A DNA stretch of 57,397 nucleotides, from contig JAJEGO010000016.1 in assembly GCA_022819805.1 (NCBI GenBank), positions 1-57,397 on the forward strand, in the 5' to 3' direction. The DNA comes from Candidatus Dadabacteria bacterium (GTDB lineage: Bacteria > Desulfobacterota_D > UBA1144 > Nemesobacterales > Nemesobacteraceae). The notes beneath the pieces were generated by a model. It was not told the origin of the DNA, did not search any database, and saw only the letters and a program-made list of their open reading frames with translations. Each line of letters opens with the position of its first letter. Positions within the stretch are counted from its first letter, which is position 1. The translations under genes and the position numbers were made by a program. Below are positions 49,102 to 57,039 of the stretch, piece after piece.

Positions 49102-49853
49102 TGTTCCCCGTATTCCTTTATTCAGACAGTCCCCCGCAGTCGCTTGTCATGGAAGATGTGGCGGGTTTTCTCACGGGTCTCGGTCTTTCAGTTGAGTTCC
49201 GGGGAGATTTTCTAAGTTACCTGTCTCTTGAAGCCGGGGAGACGGCTGAACTTGAATCACTTTTATCAGGGGCTAGGGTATTTGACATTGAAAGACCCGT
49301 TGATTTCTTCGAAGTCCCTGCGGTGACCGAGCCGTTCGAAAAGGAGCTTTATGACGGTTTCTGGGTCCAGAGAATATTCTCGAGGTTTTTTCTGAGAAAA
49401 CATCCCGGCGAACTTGTAAAAAACGGCTTCCATGCGGTTATCACCGGCAGGCTGCTTGGCACTTACGGATCCCGGAGATACCACGCGAGGGTTATCATCT
49501 CTGGCTTTCCCTCCTTTGTTTCAACCTCGGGAGTGGTGGAAGGTCCCGCAAGACCCAGAGAGTACTATTTTCTCAAGGCGGAGTTTATCCGGTCGGGAAA
49601 AGATCTCTCGGAGCTTGACGAGATGTTCCGGGGAAAATTCATTAATTACGAAGACGAGAGGATAACTAAGATAGCCGGTGCGTACGTGCTTCAGCCTTTT
49701 CTGTATCATTTTTCGGGGAAAGAATTCTGCGAAAACGGCAGTTGCGCGCTTTTTAATTCACACTGGCAGAAGGACGTTATTGATATCCAGCATTCAGGCC
49801 ATGTTTGCGCCGAGTGCAAAAGCGAGATAAACAAGATAGCAAAAAGGTGGTAG
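49101..49853 (+). CDS. DUF6775-like putative metal-binding protein (archaemetzincin-like Cys cluster)
   Basis: YDGF..Q, RLLGT...RYHAR, S..G.VEGPA.PREYY and FC.N..C.LFN.HWQ motifs recalled from this family. C-X4-C-X20-C-X2-C at the C-terminus. Confidence 0.65.
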   Translation: MFPVFLYSDSPPQSLVMEDVAGFLTGLGLSVEFRGDFLSYLSLEAGETAELESLLSGARVFDIERPVDFFEVPAVTEPFEKELYDGFWVQRIFSRFFLRKHPGELVKNGFHAVITGRLLGTYGSRRYHARVIISGFPSFVSTSGVVEGPARPREYYFLKAEFIRSGKDLSELDEMFRGKFINYEDERITKIAGAYVLQPFLYHFSGKEFCENGSCALFNSHWQKDVIDIQHSGHVCAECKSEINKIAKRW

Positions 49854-49900
49854 GAACAACACCCCGCCGCATAGCAAAGAACGGGAGACCGCCACGGCCC

Positions 49901-50710
49901 CTAGTCCATTTCATCAAGTATGTTTACTGCAACCTGGGCTACTTTTTTCCCCGAAAGCAGCATCCCCCCGAAAGTGGGTCCCATTCTCGGGAGCCCGAAA
50001 GTGGTGTTAACGGACATTCCGCACGCGAGCAGCCCGGGGTGTATTTCTCCCGTGTATTCAACTAGGGCTTCTTCCGATTTTTCGACCCACATCGATCCGT
50101 GACCCGGAAGCTTTCTGTAAAGACCCTGCTGGGAGAGCCTGGAAACACAGTAGGCGTCATGGCCCGTGGCGTCTATTACCAGCTTTGATTCTATCGCTAT
50201 GGGATCAAGGCAGGTTATTTCCTTGGGCATGTTCGCGATGGGTGTCCAGTTGATCACTATTCCCGCGACCCTTCCGTTTTCCCTGTAGACCAGGTCGTCA
50301 AACAGCGTCATGTTCCTTACTTTCGCTCCGGCTTCGCACGCCGTCGCTATCAGCTTTGAGCAGGCGTAAGGACCGTCGGCCACGAAAAGTCCCTCTGAGA
50401 CCTCTTCATACGGCACTTCAATCTCGTCCAGAACCGTCTGTCCCGGGGCGCGCACGGTGACCTTGTTCATCAGGTATCCTCCGATCCAGAATCCGCCCCC
50501 TAGGTAGTTCATTCTTTCAACGAGCAGCACCTTGTACTTTTTCTTCGCTATGTCTTTTGCCGCCACGAGCCCGCTCGGGCCCGCACCGACGATTATGACG
50601 TCACTTGTAATGTATTCGTTGAATTCTTCTGAAAATCCCTCGACTATGGCCCGGGTGACCTCTTTTTCTCCCACCGGAGCGAACTGCGGGGTTTTTAAAC
50701 TGTCTGACAT
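49901..50710 (-). CDS. thi4: Thiazole synthase Thi4, Cys-containing type
   Basis: [42 protein letters not shown] and [13 protein letters not shown] motifs. Confidence 0.93.
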   Translation of the reverse strand: MSDSLKTPQFAPVGEKEVTRAIVEGFSEEFNEYITSDVIIVGAGPSGLVAAKDIAKKKYKVLLVERMNYLGGGFWIGGYLMNKVTVRAPGQTVLDEIEVPYEEVSEGLFVADGPYACSKLIATACEAGAKVRNMTLFDDLVYRENGRVAGIVINWTPIANMPKEITCLDPIAIESKLVIDATGHDAYCVSRLSQQGLYRKLPGHGSMWVEKSEEALVEYTGEIHPGLLACGMSVNTTFGLPRMGPTFGGMLLSGKKVAQVAVNILDEMD

Positions 50711-50754
50711 AGCGGTTTCCTCCGAAAAAATGCCAATAAGGTTCTAACTTTTTC

Positions 50755-51204
50755 CTACTCTTCTTCCTTTACGACGTTTACGGTTATCTGCTGGGTTACG
50801 TCCGTGTGGAGCTTAAGCGCAACCGAGTAGGTCCCAAGCGCTTTTATGGTACCGTCAAGCGCTATATCCCTTCTTGATATCTCAAATCCTTTTTCCCCGA
50901 GCGCGTCGGAAATGTTCTGCGAGGTAACCGATCCGAAAAGCCGGTCTTCCTCCCCGGATTTGGCGGGTATGGAGATTTCAAGACCCTCGAGTTTTTCCGC
51001 GAGAGCCTTCGCGTTCTCAAGAACTTCGGTTTTGCGCAGTCTTATCGCCTCTATCCTGCTTTCCCAGGCCTTAAGGTTCGCTTCGGTTGCCTTTATCGCG
51101 AGCTTGCGGGGAAAAAGAAAATTCCTCGCCATCCCGTTCTTTACGTCTTTTATGTCCCCGACGCTTCCTACGTTCTCCACGTCGGAAATCAGAATCACTT
51201 TCAT
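50755..51204 (-). CDS. rplI: 50S ribosomal protein bL9
   Basis: MKVIL..DV.N.G..GD...VK.G.ARNFL.P and RLFGSVT motifs. Confidence 0.98.
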   Translation of the reverse strand: MKVILISDVENVGSVGDIKDVKNGMARNFLFPRKLAIKATEANLKAWESRIEAIRLRKTEVLENAKALAEKLEGLEISIPAKSGEEDRLFGSVTSQNISDALGEKGFEISRRDIALDGTIKALGTYSVALKLHTDVTQQITVNVVKEEE

Positions 51205-51242
51205 TGTTTACCTCCGCGTATCGGTTAAGCGGTATCCGGGAA

Positions 51243-51494
51243 TCACTTGTGAGTTACCGTGTACGGCAAAAGCGCCATGAAACGGGCTCTCTTTATCGCG
51301 ATCGCCACCTTCCTCTGTTCCTGCCTCGAAAGCCCGGTGTTTCTCCTGGGCAGTATCTTCTTTCTCTCGGTTATGAACTGCGAGAGAAGCTCCGTGTCCT
51401 TGTAATCTATCTGCTTGCCTTCCTTGGCAAGGTCTCTGGGTTTCTTTCTGCGTGAGTAAAACTTTCTGCCTCCCCCCATTGGTCTTCTGCTCAT
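51243..51494 (-). CDS. rpsR: 30S ribosomal protein bS18, Cys-free (zinc-independent) form
   Basis: IDYKD..LL..FI.ER.KILPRR.TG and QR.VA.AIKRAR..ALLPY motifs. No Cys residues. Confidence 0.97.
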   Translation of the reverse strand: MSRRPMGGGRKFYSRRKKPRDLAKEGKQIDYKDTELLSQFITERKKILPRRNTGLSRQEQRKVAIAIKRARFMALLPYTVTHK

Positions 51495-52108
51495 GATTCG
51501 CCACCTCCCTCGGTCTGCTCTTGGCCTTGCTTGGGCTCTTCTTCATTCTCCTGAGTCTGTTCCCCGTTTTCCTGAGCCTGCTCCGCGGCCTGCTCGGGCG
51601 GTTCCTCGCTTTCCTGAGCCTGCTCCGCGGCTTGCTCGGGAGCTTCCTTGCTTTCTTGGGCCTGCTCCGCGGCTTGCTCGGGAGCTTCCTCGCCGCCGCC
51701 TTCGGCCTCACCCTCGGCCGTCAGGGGAGGAGTCTGAAAAGCGCTCTGATCCTCCTGTCCGGACGCCTGCGGAGGAGCGCCGACCACGGCATCCGCCGGT
51801 TTCTGCTCTTCGATGTGTTTTACGGTCATGAACCGCAGAACGTTGTTCTTTGAGAGGTTAAAATATCTTTCTATGTCGGTTACGGCACCGGAGTCAGCCG
51901 CGTAGACGGCTATGTAGTAGGTGCCTCTGGTTTAATTCTCTATTCTGTACGCGAGATCCCGCTCGGCCCATTTTTCAAATCTTATCATCTCCCCGTCGTT
52001 TCCGGCCACGCTCTGCTCGACCCTGTTTTGGATCGTGAGAAGGTCTTCTGGGGATATGTCAGGCCTTACGAGATAAAGCGTTTCGTACTTCGTCGGCTCA
52101 ATGGCCAT
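51491..52108 (-). pseudogene. rpsF: 30S ribosomal protein bS6, interrupted by an in-frame TAA at codon 59 (51934-51932); pseudogene, recoding or sequence error
   Basis: AGGAGG SD then ATG 52108: MAIEPTKYETLYLVRPD...EKWAERDLAYRIEN*TRGTYY...NVLRFMTVK. The same frame continues through the ORF-track 51491-51829 segment. Confidence 0.92.
51569..51691 (-). repeat. Three imperfect 42-bp tandem repeats encoding E[A/P]PEQAAEQAQE in the S6 tail
   Basis: Repeat units begin at 51569, 51611 and 51653 on the plus strand. Confidence 0.9.
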
Positions 52109-52113
52109 GTTTA

Positions 52114-52170
52114 CTGCCTCCTGTTTTGGTCTTCGGCCCCTGAACGTCGTCGCTTAAAAGTCAGGAGCAA
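52114..52170 (-). promoter_or_regulatory. S6:S18-binding autoregulatory mRNA leader
   Basis: Minus strand TTGCTCCTGA...TCAGGGG-CCG-AAGACCAAAAC-AGGAGGCA. The 5' GCTCCT can pair with the SD and the conserved CCG is present. Closely resembles the recalled Bacillus-type rpsF leader (GGGCCGCTTAGACCAAAAGGAGG). Confidence 0.75.
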
Positions 52171-52204
52171 CAGAGAAAAGACTATACTGGTTTTTGGAAA
52201 TCGT

Positions 52205-52235
52205 GTAAATACGGGCGGGGCCTAGGCCCCGCCCG
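52205..52235 (-). terminator. Putative terminator after hppA
   Basis: Perfect 24-bp palindrome CGGGCGGGGCCTAGGCCCCGCCCG (52212-52235), followed on the minus strand by TATTTAC. Confidence 0.65.
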
Positions 52236-52248
52236 CAAAACATCCGTT

Positions 52249-54321
52249 TTATAGTATGAGAAGGGGAGCTACGACAAGCGACACTATGGACATAAGCTTG
52301 ATGAGAATGTTCATCGCCGGTCCTGAAGTATCCTTGAACGGGTCCCCTATCGTGTCTCCCACGACGGCGGCTTTGTGCGCCTCCGATCCTTTTCCTCCCA
52401 GGTTTCCTTCCTCTATGAATTTCTTTGCGTTATCCCACGCTCCACCCGAGTTCGCCATCATAAGCGCGAGCATGACTCCCGCCACGACAGCGCCGGCGAG
52501 AAAGCCTCCAAGGGCCTCCTCTCCGAGGGCAAAACCTATTACGAGCGGTGCCACCACGGCGGTAATGCCCGGCAGTATCATCTCTTTTAGGGAAGCGTCG
52601 GTGCTTATCTGCACGCACCTTGAGTAGTCCGGAGTGGCCTTTCCTTCAAGAAGTCCGGTTATTTCCCGGAACTGCCTTCTTACTTCCTCCACCATTTGCT
52701 GCGCCGACCTTCCCACGGAACCCATCGTGAGGGCGCCTATGAGAAACGGAATCGTTCCGCCTACGAGCATTCCCGCCACCACCTTGGGCTGGGTAATGTC
52801 GATCAGGGTGAGCCCGACGGCGTTTGTGTAAGCGGCGAAGAGCGCCAGGGCGGAGAGGGCCGCGGAACCGATGGCGAATCCCTTTCCTATGGCTGCGGTC
52901 GTGTTGCCGAGAGAATCGAGCTTGTCCGTGATCTTTCTTACGTCCGTGCCGAGTTCCGACATCTCCGCTATGCCGCCCGCGTTGTCCGCGACCGGGCCGT
53001 AGGCATCAACCGACATCGTTATTCCTATGGTCGCGAGCATGCTGACCGCGGCTATCCCTATTCCGTAAAGTCCCGTGAGCCAGTGAGAAAGCACTATCGT
53101 CGCCGCGATTATGACCACGGGGTAAGCCGTGCTGTACATCCCGACGGCGACTCCTTCAATTATGTTGGTGGCGACGCCGGTCTCAGAAGCGTTTGCTATT
53201 TTCTTGATCGGGGGTCCCGAGGTGAAATGCTCCGTGACCTTGCCGATCAGAATTCCCGCGAGCAGTCCTGCTATGGAAGTTAGCCATATGCTTATGTATC
53301 CCTGTTTTCCCATGGTGGGCAGGTTCTCTATCTGGGCAAGCCCGTAGAGTACCAGCAGGGAGATCGCGCAGTATACGACCCCGGCGAATATGGTTGATCT
53401 TTCAAGCACGGCGCTCGGCTCTCCCTCCCTGAGCCATCCCACCGCCTTGGATCCCACAAGCGAGGAGAGGCTTCCGATTATGATGAGTATCACTGGAATC
53501 GACATCATGGTGAGCTGGTTCACGGCCATGCTGGCCGCGATTACTATGGTCGCAATTACGGCGCCCACGTAGGACTCGAAAAGGTCGGCGCCCATTCCCG
53601 CCACGTCTCCGACGTTGTCTCCTACGTTATCGGCGATCGTGGCCGGATTTCTCGGATCGTCCTCCGGTATCCCGGCCTCAACCTTTCCGACGAGATCGGC
53701 TCCGACGTCAGCCGCCTTGGTGAATATCCCTCCGCCTATCCTCGCGAAAAGCGCCACGGTGCTGGCTCCCATCGCGAATCCTCCTATCATTCCCCCGAAT
53801 TCCTTTAAGAACGCCGAGAAGAGGCCGGCATCCTCCGGCTTTGTCTGAAGGTCGATTCCCAGAAGAAAAACGACTGAAAGTCCCAGAAGACCGAGACCCG
53901 CGACTGAAAGCCCCATCACGTTTCCGCCCAGAAAAGCCACCTCAAGGGCTTTTCCCTGTCCCTCGGTCGCCGCCGCCTGTGCCGTTCTCACGTTAGCTTT
54001 CGTGGCTGACTTCATGCCGAAAAATCCGGCTATGAGCGAACAGATCGCTCCGCCGAGATAAGCGGCTCCGGTCTCAATCCCGAGAAACACCGAGAGCAGA
54101 ACGAAAACGATTGCCGCGAAAAGGCCGATTATCCTGTATTCCCTTTGCAAAAACACCATCGCTCCGCCGTGAATCGCAGAAGCGATCTCCTTCATTTTGT
54201 CGTTTCCTTCAGGAAGCTTGTTTATCCCCCTGTATACAAATAACGCGTATAGGAGCACGATAAGACCTACCACTACTCCCACAAGTCCTATATTGCCCGT
54301 TAGTACTTCACCCATACCCAT
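52249..54321 (-). CDS. hppA: Membrane-bound ion-translocating pyrophosphatase, K+-dependent (probably Na+-pumping)
   Basis: [41 protein letters not shown] and [14 protein letters not shown] motifs. GNTTAA has Ala at the K+-dependence position. Confidence 0.95.
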   Translation of the reverse strand: MGMGEVLTGNIGLVGVVVGLIVLLYALFVYRGINKLPEGNDKMKEIASAIHGGAMVFLQREYRIIGLFAAIVFVLLSVFLGIETGAAYLGGAICSLIAGFFGMKSATKANVRTAQAAATEGQGKALEVAFLGGNVMGLSVAGLGLLGLSVVFLLGIDLQTKPEDAGLFSAFLKEFGGMIGGFAMGASTVALFARIGGGIFTKAADVGADLVGKVEAGIPEDDPRNPATIADNVGDNVGDVAGMGADLFESYVGAVIATIVIAASMAVNQLTMMSIPVILIIIGSLSSLVGSKAVGWLREGEPSAVLERSTIFAGVVYCAISLLVLYGLAQIENLPTMGKQGYISIWLTSIAGLLAGILIGKVTEHFTSGPPIKKIANASETGVATNIIEGVAVGMYSTAYPVVIIAATIVLSHWLTGLYGIGIAAVSMLATIGITMSVDAYGPVADNAGGIAEMSELGTDVRKITDKLDSLGNTTAAIGKGFAIGSAALSALALFAAYTNAVGLTLIDITQPKVVAGMLVGGTIPFLIGALTMGSVGRSAQQMVEEVRRQFREITGLLEGKATPDYSRCVQISTDASLKEMILPGITAVVAPLVIGFALGEEALGGFLAGAVVAGVMLALMMANSGGAWDNAKKFIEEGNLGGKGSEAHKAAVVGDTIGDPFKDTSGPAMNILIKLMSIVSLVVAPLLIL

Positions 54322-54355
54322 TGGTAAATTCCTCCTAGTAGAGAATTGTTTTTTT

Positions 54356-54928
54356 TCAGTTCACTCGACTGTTAAATTTGTTCATTGCCGAATCCACCCC
54401 GGCGCTTATTATCTCAAGTGTCGCCTCGACTGCGGTCTCGACCATCTCTGCCGCCGTGTCCCTCTCATTTGCGGCGAATGCGGAGAGAACGTGATCCCGA
54501 CCCTCTTTTTCCCCCCTGGGCTTCCCTATGCCGATTCTCACCCTGCAGAATTCTTCGGAACCCAGAGAAGCTATTACGGACCTTATTCCGTTGTGCCCGG
54601 CCGAGCCTCCTCCCCTGTTTACCCTTATGTTTCCGAGGGGCAGGTCCAGTTCGTCGTAAACCACGATTACCTGCTCAACCGCTATCTTGTAGAATTCCTT
54701 CGCTTCGCGAAGCGCCTCGCCACTTGCGTTCATAAAAGTCTGGGGCTTTATTATCAGTAGCTTTTTATCCGAATAAACCGCCTCCGCGCAGAGACTCCTG
54801 AATTTTTTCTTTCCGATTTTTGCGCCGAGGCGCTCCGCTGCGCGCTCCGCCGTGCGAAACCCTATATTATGTCTAGTATTTTCGTAAGCGGAACCGGGAT
54901 TCCCCAGGCCGGCAATCAGATATCGCAT
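54356..54928 (-). CDS. pth: Peptidyl-tRNA hydrolase
   Basis: GLGNPG..Y..TRHNIG, KPQTFMN.SG, DELDLP and GHNGIRS motifs. Confidence 0.98.
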   Translation of the reverse strand: MRYLIAGLGNPGSAYENTRHNIGFRTAERAAERLGAKIGKKKFRSLCAEAVYSDKKLLIIKPQTFMNASGEALREAKEFYKIAVEQVIVVYDELDLPLGNIRVNRGGGSAGHNGIRSVIASLGSEEFCRVRIGIGKPRGEKEGRDHVLSAFAANERDTAAEMVETAVEATLEIISAGVDSAMNKFNSRVN

Positions 54929-54940
54929 GGATTCGGTGAC

Positions 54941-55576
54941 TTATTCCTGGGCCTCGGGTTCCTGTTCCTCTTCTTCTGCTTCCGGTTCGTCCACTGCCTC
55001 TTCCTCTTGCGCCCTCTGCGCGACCACCTGGACGACTTTTTCGGCCCCGTCTCTTATCGGCCGTACTCCCTCGCCGAGCGAGAGCCCCGCTATGTCCACG
55101 AAATCTCCTATCTCGAGATCGCTCACGTCTATTTCTATCGAATCGGGAATGTCGCCCGGCAGACATTCAAGATCGATGGTTCTCATCAGTTTTTCCAGAC
55201 CGCCGCCCCTTCTCTCTCCCTCGGACCTTCCCTGGGTGTTTACCGGAACCTTGACCCTGACGCTCTTTTTCATGTCGATGGCAAGAAAATCAAGGTGGAT
55301 CACCCTGTTCTTGATGGGGTCTTTCTGGATTTCCCGGACCATCGAGAACTTTTTTGCCGGGGACTCGGAATCGTCTATCTCGAGTTCCAAAACGGTGTTC
55401 AGCCCGGCGCTGTTAGAAAGCGCCTGCCTGAGTTCGTCGGGCTGTACGATAAGCGGTACCGGATCCTCTCCCTGCCCGTAAAGTATGGCCGGTATGTTTC
55501 CTTCTTTTCTTACTTCCCTCGCCCCGCTTTTACCTATTCTTTTTCTGGGTTTTACCCGAAGTGGACTCTGTACCAT
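54941..55576 (-). CDS. rplY: 50S ribosomal protein bL25/Ctc
   Basis: R.G.IPA.LYG, Q.DP....V.HLDF and P..IEIDVS.LEIGD motifs. Lies between prs and pth. Confidence 0.96.
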   Translation of the reverse strand: MVQSPLRVKPRKRIGKSGAREVRKEGNIPAILYGQGEDPVPLIVQPDELRQALSNSAGLNTVLELEIDDSESPAKKFSMVREIQKDPIKNRVIHLDFLAIDMKKSVRVKVPVNTQGRSEGERRGGGLEKLMRTIDLECLPGDIPDSIEIDVSDLEIGDFVDIAGLSLGEGVRPIRDGAEKVVQVVAQRAQEEEAVDEPEAEEEEQEPEAQE

Positions 55577-55595
55577 GTTTTTCTCCTGGAGTCGT

Positions 55596-56543
55596 TTAAG
55601 TGAAAAGTGCGCTTATTGATTCCCCGAGCGCCGTTCTCCTTATGGCTTCGCCGATGAGGTCGGCGATGCTGAGCACGGTGATTTTCGCGCTTTGTTTCTG
55701 GTTTTCCTGCTGGGGAATGGTGTTAGTGATTATTACCTCGTCGATGTCCGAGTTGTTTATCCTGTCGAGCGCGGGTCCCGAGAGCACGCCGTGGGTGCAG
55801 CAGAGCGATACGCTTGTCGCTCCTTTCTCGAGAAGCACCTTGGCGGCCTCAGTGGCGGTCCCTGCCGTGTCCACGAGATCGTCCACTATTATCGCGTGCT
55901 TGTCTTCAACGTCGCCAATTATGTTGCTTATCCGCGCGACGTTGGGTGCGGGCCTTCTCTTGTAGCAGATGGCGATATCGGAGTGGGTCCTGTTCGCGAA
56001 TTCGGTCGCCCTCTCAACTCCTCCCGCGTCCGGAGAGACGATTACGGTTTCGCCGTCGGGGTATTTTTCACGCAGGTAGTTGGTTATCACGGGCGCGGCG
56101 TAGAGATGTGTCACGGGGACGTCGAAGAACCCCTGGATCTGGCCGGCGTGAAGATCCATGGTCACTATCTTGCTTGCCCCCGCCACGACTATCAGGTCCG
56201 CGGCGAGCTTGGCGCTTATGGGGGCGCGGGGCTGGACCTTGCGGTCCTGCCTTGCGTACCCGTAGTACGGTATGACGGCGGTTATTACCCTCGCCGAGGC
56301 CCGCTTGAGCGCGTCTATGATCACGAGAAGCTCCATAATGTTCTCGTTTACCGGTGGACAAGTGGACTGGATGATGAAAACGTTCGAACCCCTCACGCTC
56401 TCCCTTATGTCGACGAAGATCTCACCGTCGCTGAAACGGTTTATCTCCATCTCCCCGGGAGAAACCTCGAGATAGTTGCACACGTCCTCGAACAGAGGGT
56501 GATTTGACGTGCCGCTGAATATTTTTGCGTCCTGCATTTCCAT
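55596..56543 (-). CDS. prs: Ribose-phosphate pyrophosphokinase
   Basis: FSDGE, PYYGYARQDRK, DLHAGQIQGFFD, SPDAGG and DDLVDTAGT motifs. Confidence 0.98.
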   Translation of the reverse strand: MEMQDAKIFSGTSNHPLFEDVCNYLEVSPGEMEINRFSDGEIFVDIRESVRGSNVFIIQSTCPPVNENIMELLVIIDALKRASARVITAVIPYYGYARQDRKVQPRAPISAKLAADLIVVAGASKIVTMDLHAGQIQGFFDVPVTHLYAAPVITNYLREKYPDGETVIVSPDAGGVERATEFANRTHSDIAICYKRRPAPNVARISNIIGDVEDKHAIIVDDLVDTAGTATEAAKVLLEKGATSVSLCCTHGVLSGPALDRINNSDIDEVIITNTIPQQENQKQSAKITVLSIADLIGEAIRRTALGESISALFT

Positions 56544-56570
56544 GGCGAATCCGAAAATATGAAACCCTGT

Positions 56571-56598
56571 ATTATAGAGTAAAGTTTCGATAATTCAA
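56571..56598 (-). promoter_or_regulatory. Putative sigma70 promoter of prs-rplY-pth
   Basis: Minus-strand TTGAAT (56598-56593), 16 nt, TATAAT (56576-56571). Confidence 0.65.
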
Positions 56599-56918
56599 GC
56601 GCCGCGGACACTGTTGGGCATTTACGCTTATATGATTTCGGGGTTGCGGTTTCCGTAACGAGAAAGGGGCCGGACGGCATCGGCCTGCATTCCGGCAGTC
56701 TGACGGCCGGGTTGCCTGATTCACAGGGGATAGGGCGCTGATTCCTGCGGAATCACCGGCCTGCGGGCGCAACAATGCCTCCGGGGGTATTCACCGCTAG
56801 AGTTGCTTTGCCTGGAGACAACATAACAGGCAGGGAACGAATACAAAGACGGCGGCCTGTGTCTCACCCTGCCGGAAAAGCAGGATGAACCACGAAGGAA
56901 AATAGAAGCGAACTGATC

Positions 56919-56954
56919 AAAAAAAGGGGGAACGTCAAGCGACGTTCCCCCTTT
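56919..56954 (-). terminator. Intrinsic terminator
   Basis: 14-bp stem AAAGGGGGAACGTC/GACGTTCCCCCTTT around a 4-nt loop, with a poly-T tract on the minus strand. Confidence 0.85.
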
Positions 56955-57039
56955 ACTTGTCTTCACTAAAACACCAATCCGCTTGAGCCGGGGAAATATC
57001 CCCAGGGCGGCGGCACCTTAGTCAGAAAATATCTTGGAA

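Noticed and set aside
50711-50754. TPP riboswitch upstream of thi4
   Set aside because: Only 44 bp are available and there is no CTGAGA...CCTGA...GATAA core.
51569-51691. CRISPR array interpretation of the 42-bp or 15-bp repeats
   Set aside because: The repeats are contiguous, in-frame coding units with no unique spacers, and no cas genes are present.
51491-51829. ORF-track 112-aa acidic protein as an independent gene
   Set aside because: It is the C-terminal part of rpsF in the same frame. There is no SD before ATG 51829.
56721-56966. 81-aa minus-strand ORF upstream of prs
   Set aside because: It runs through a strong intrinsic terminator and shows no protein-like motif.
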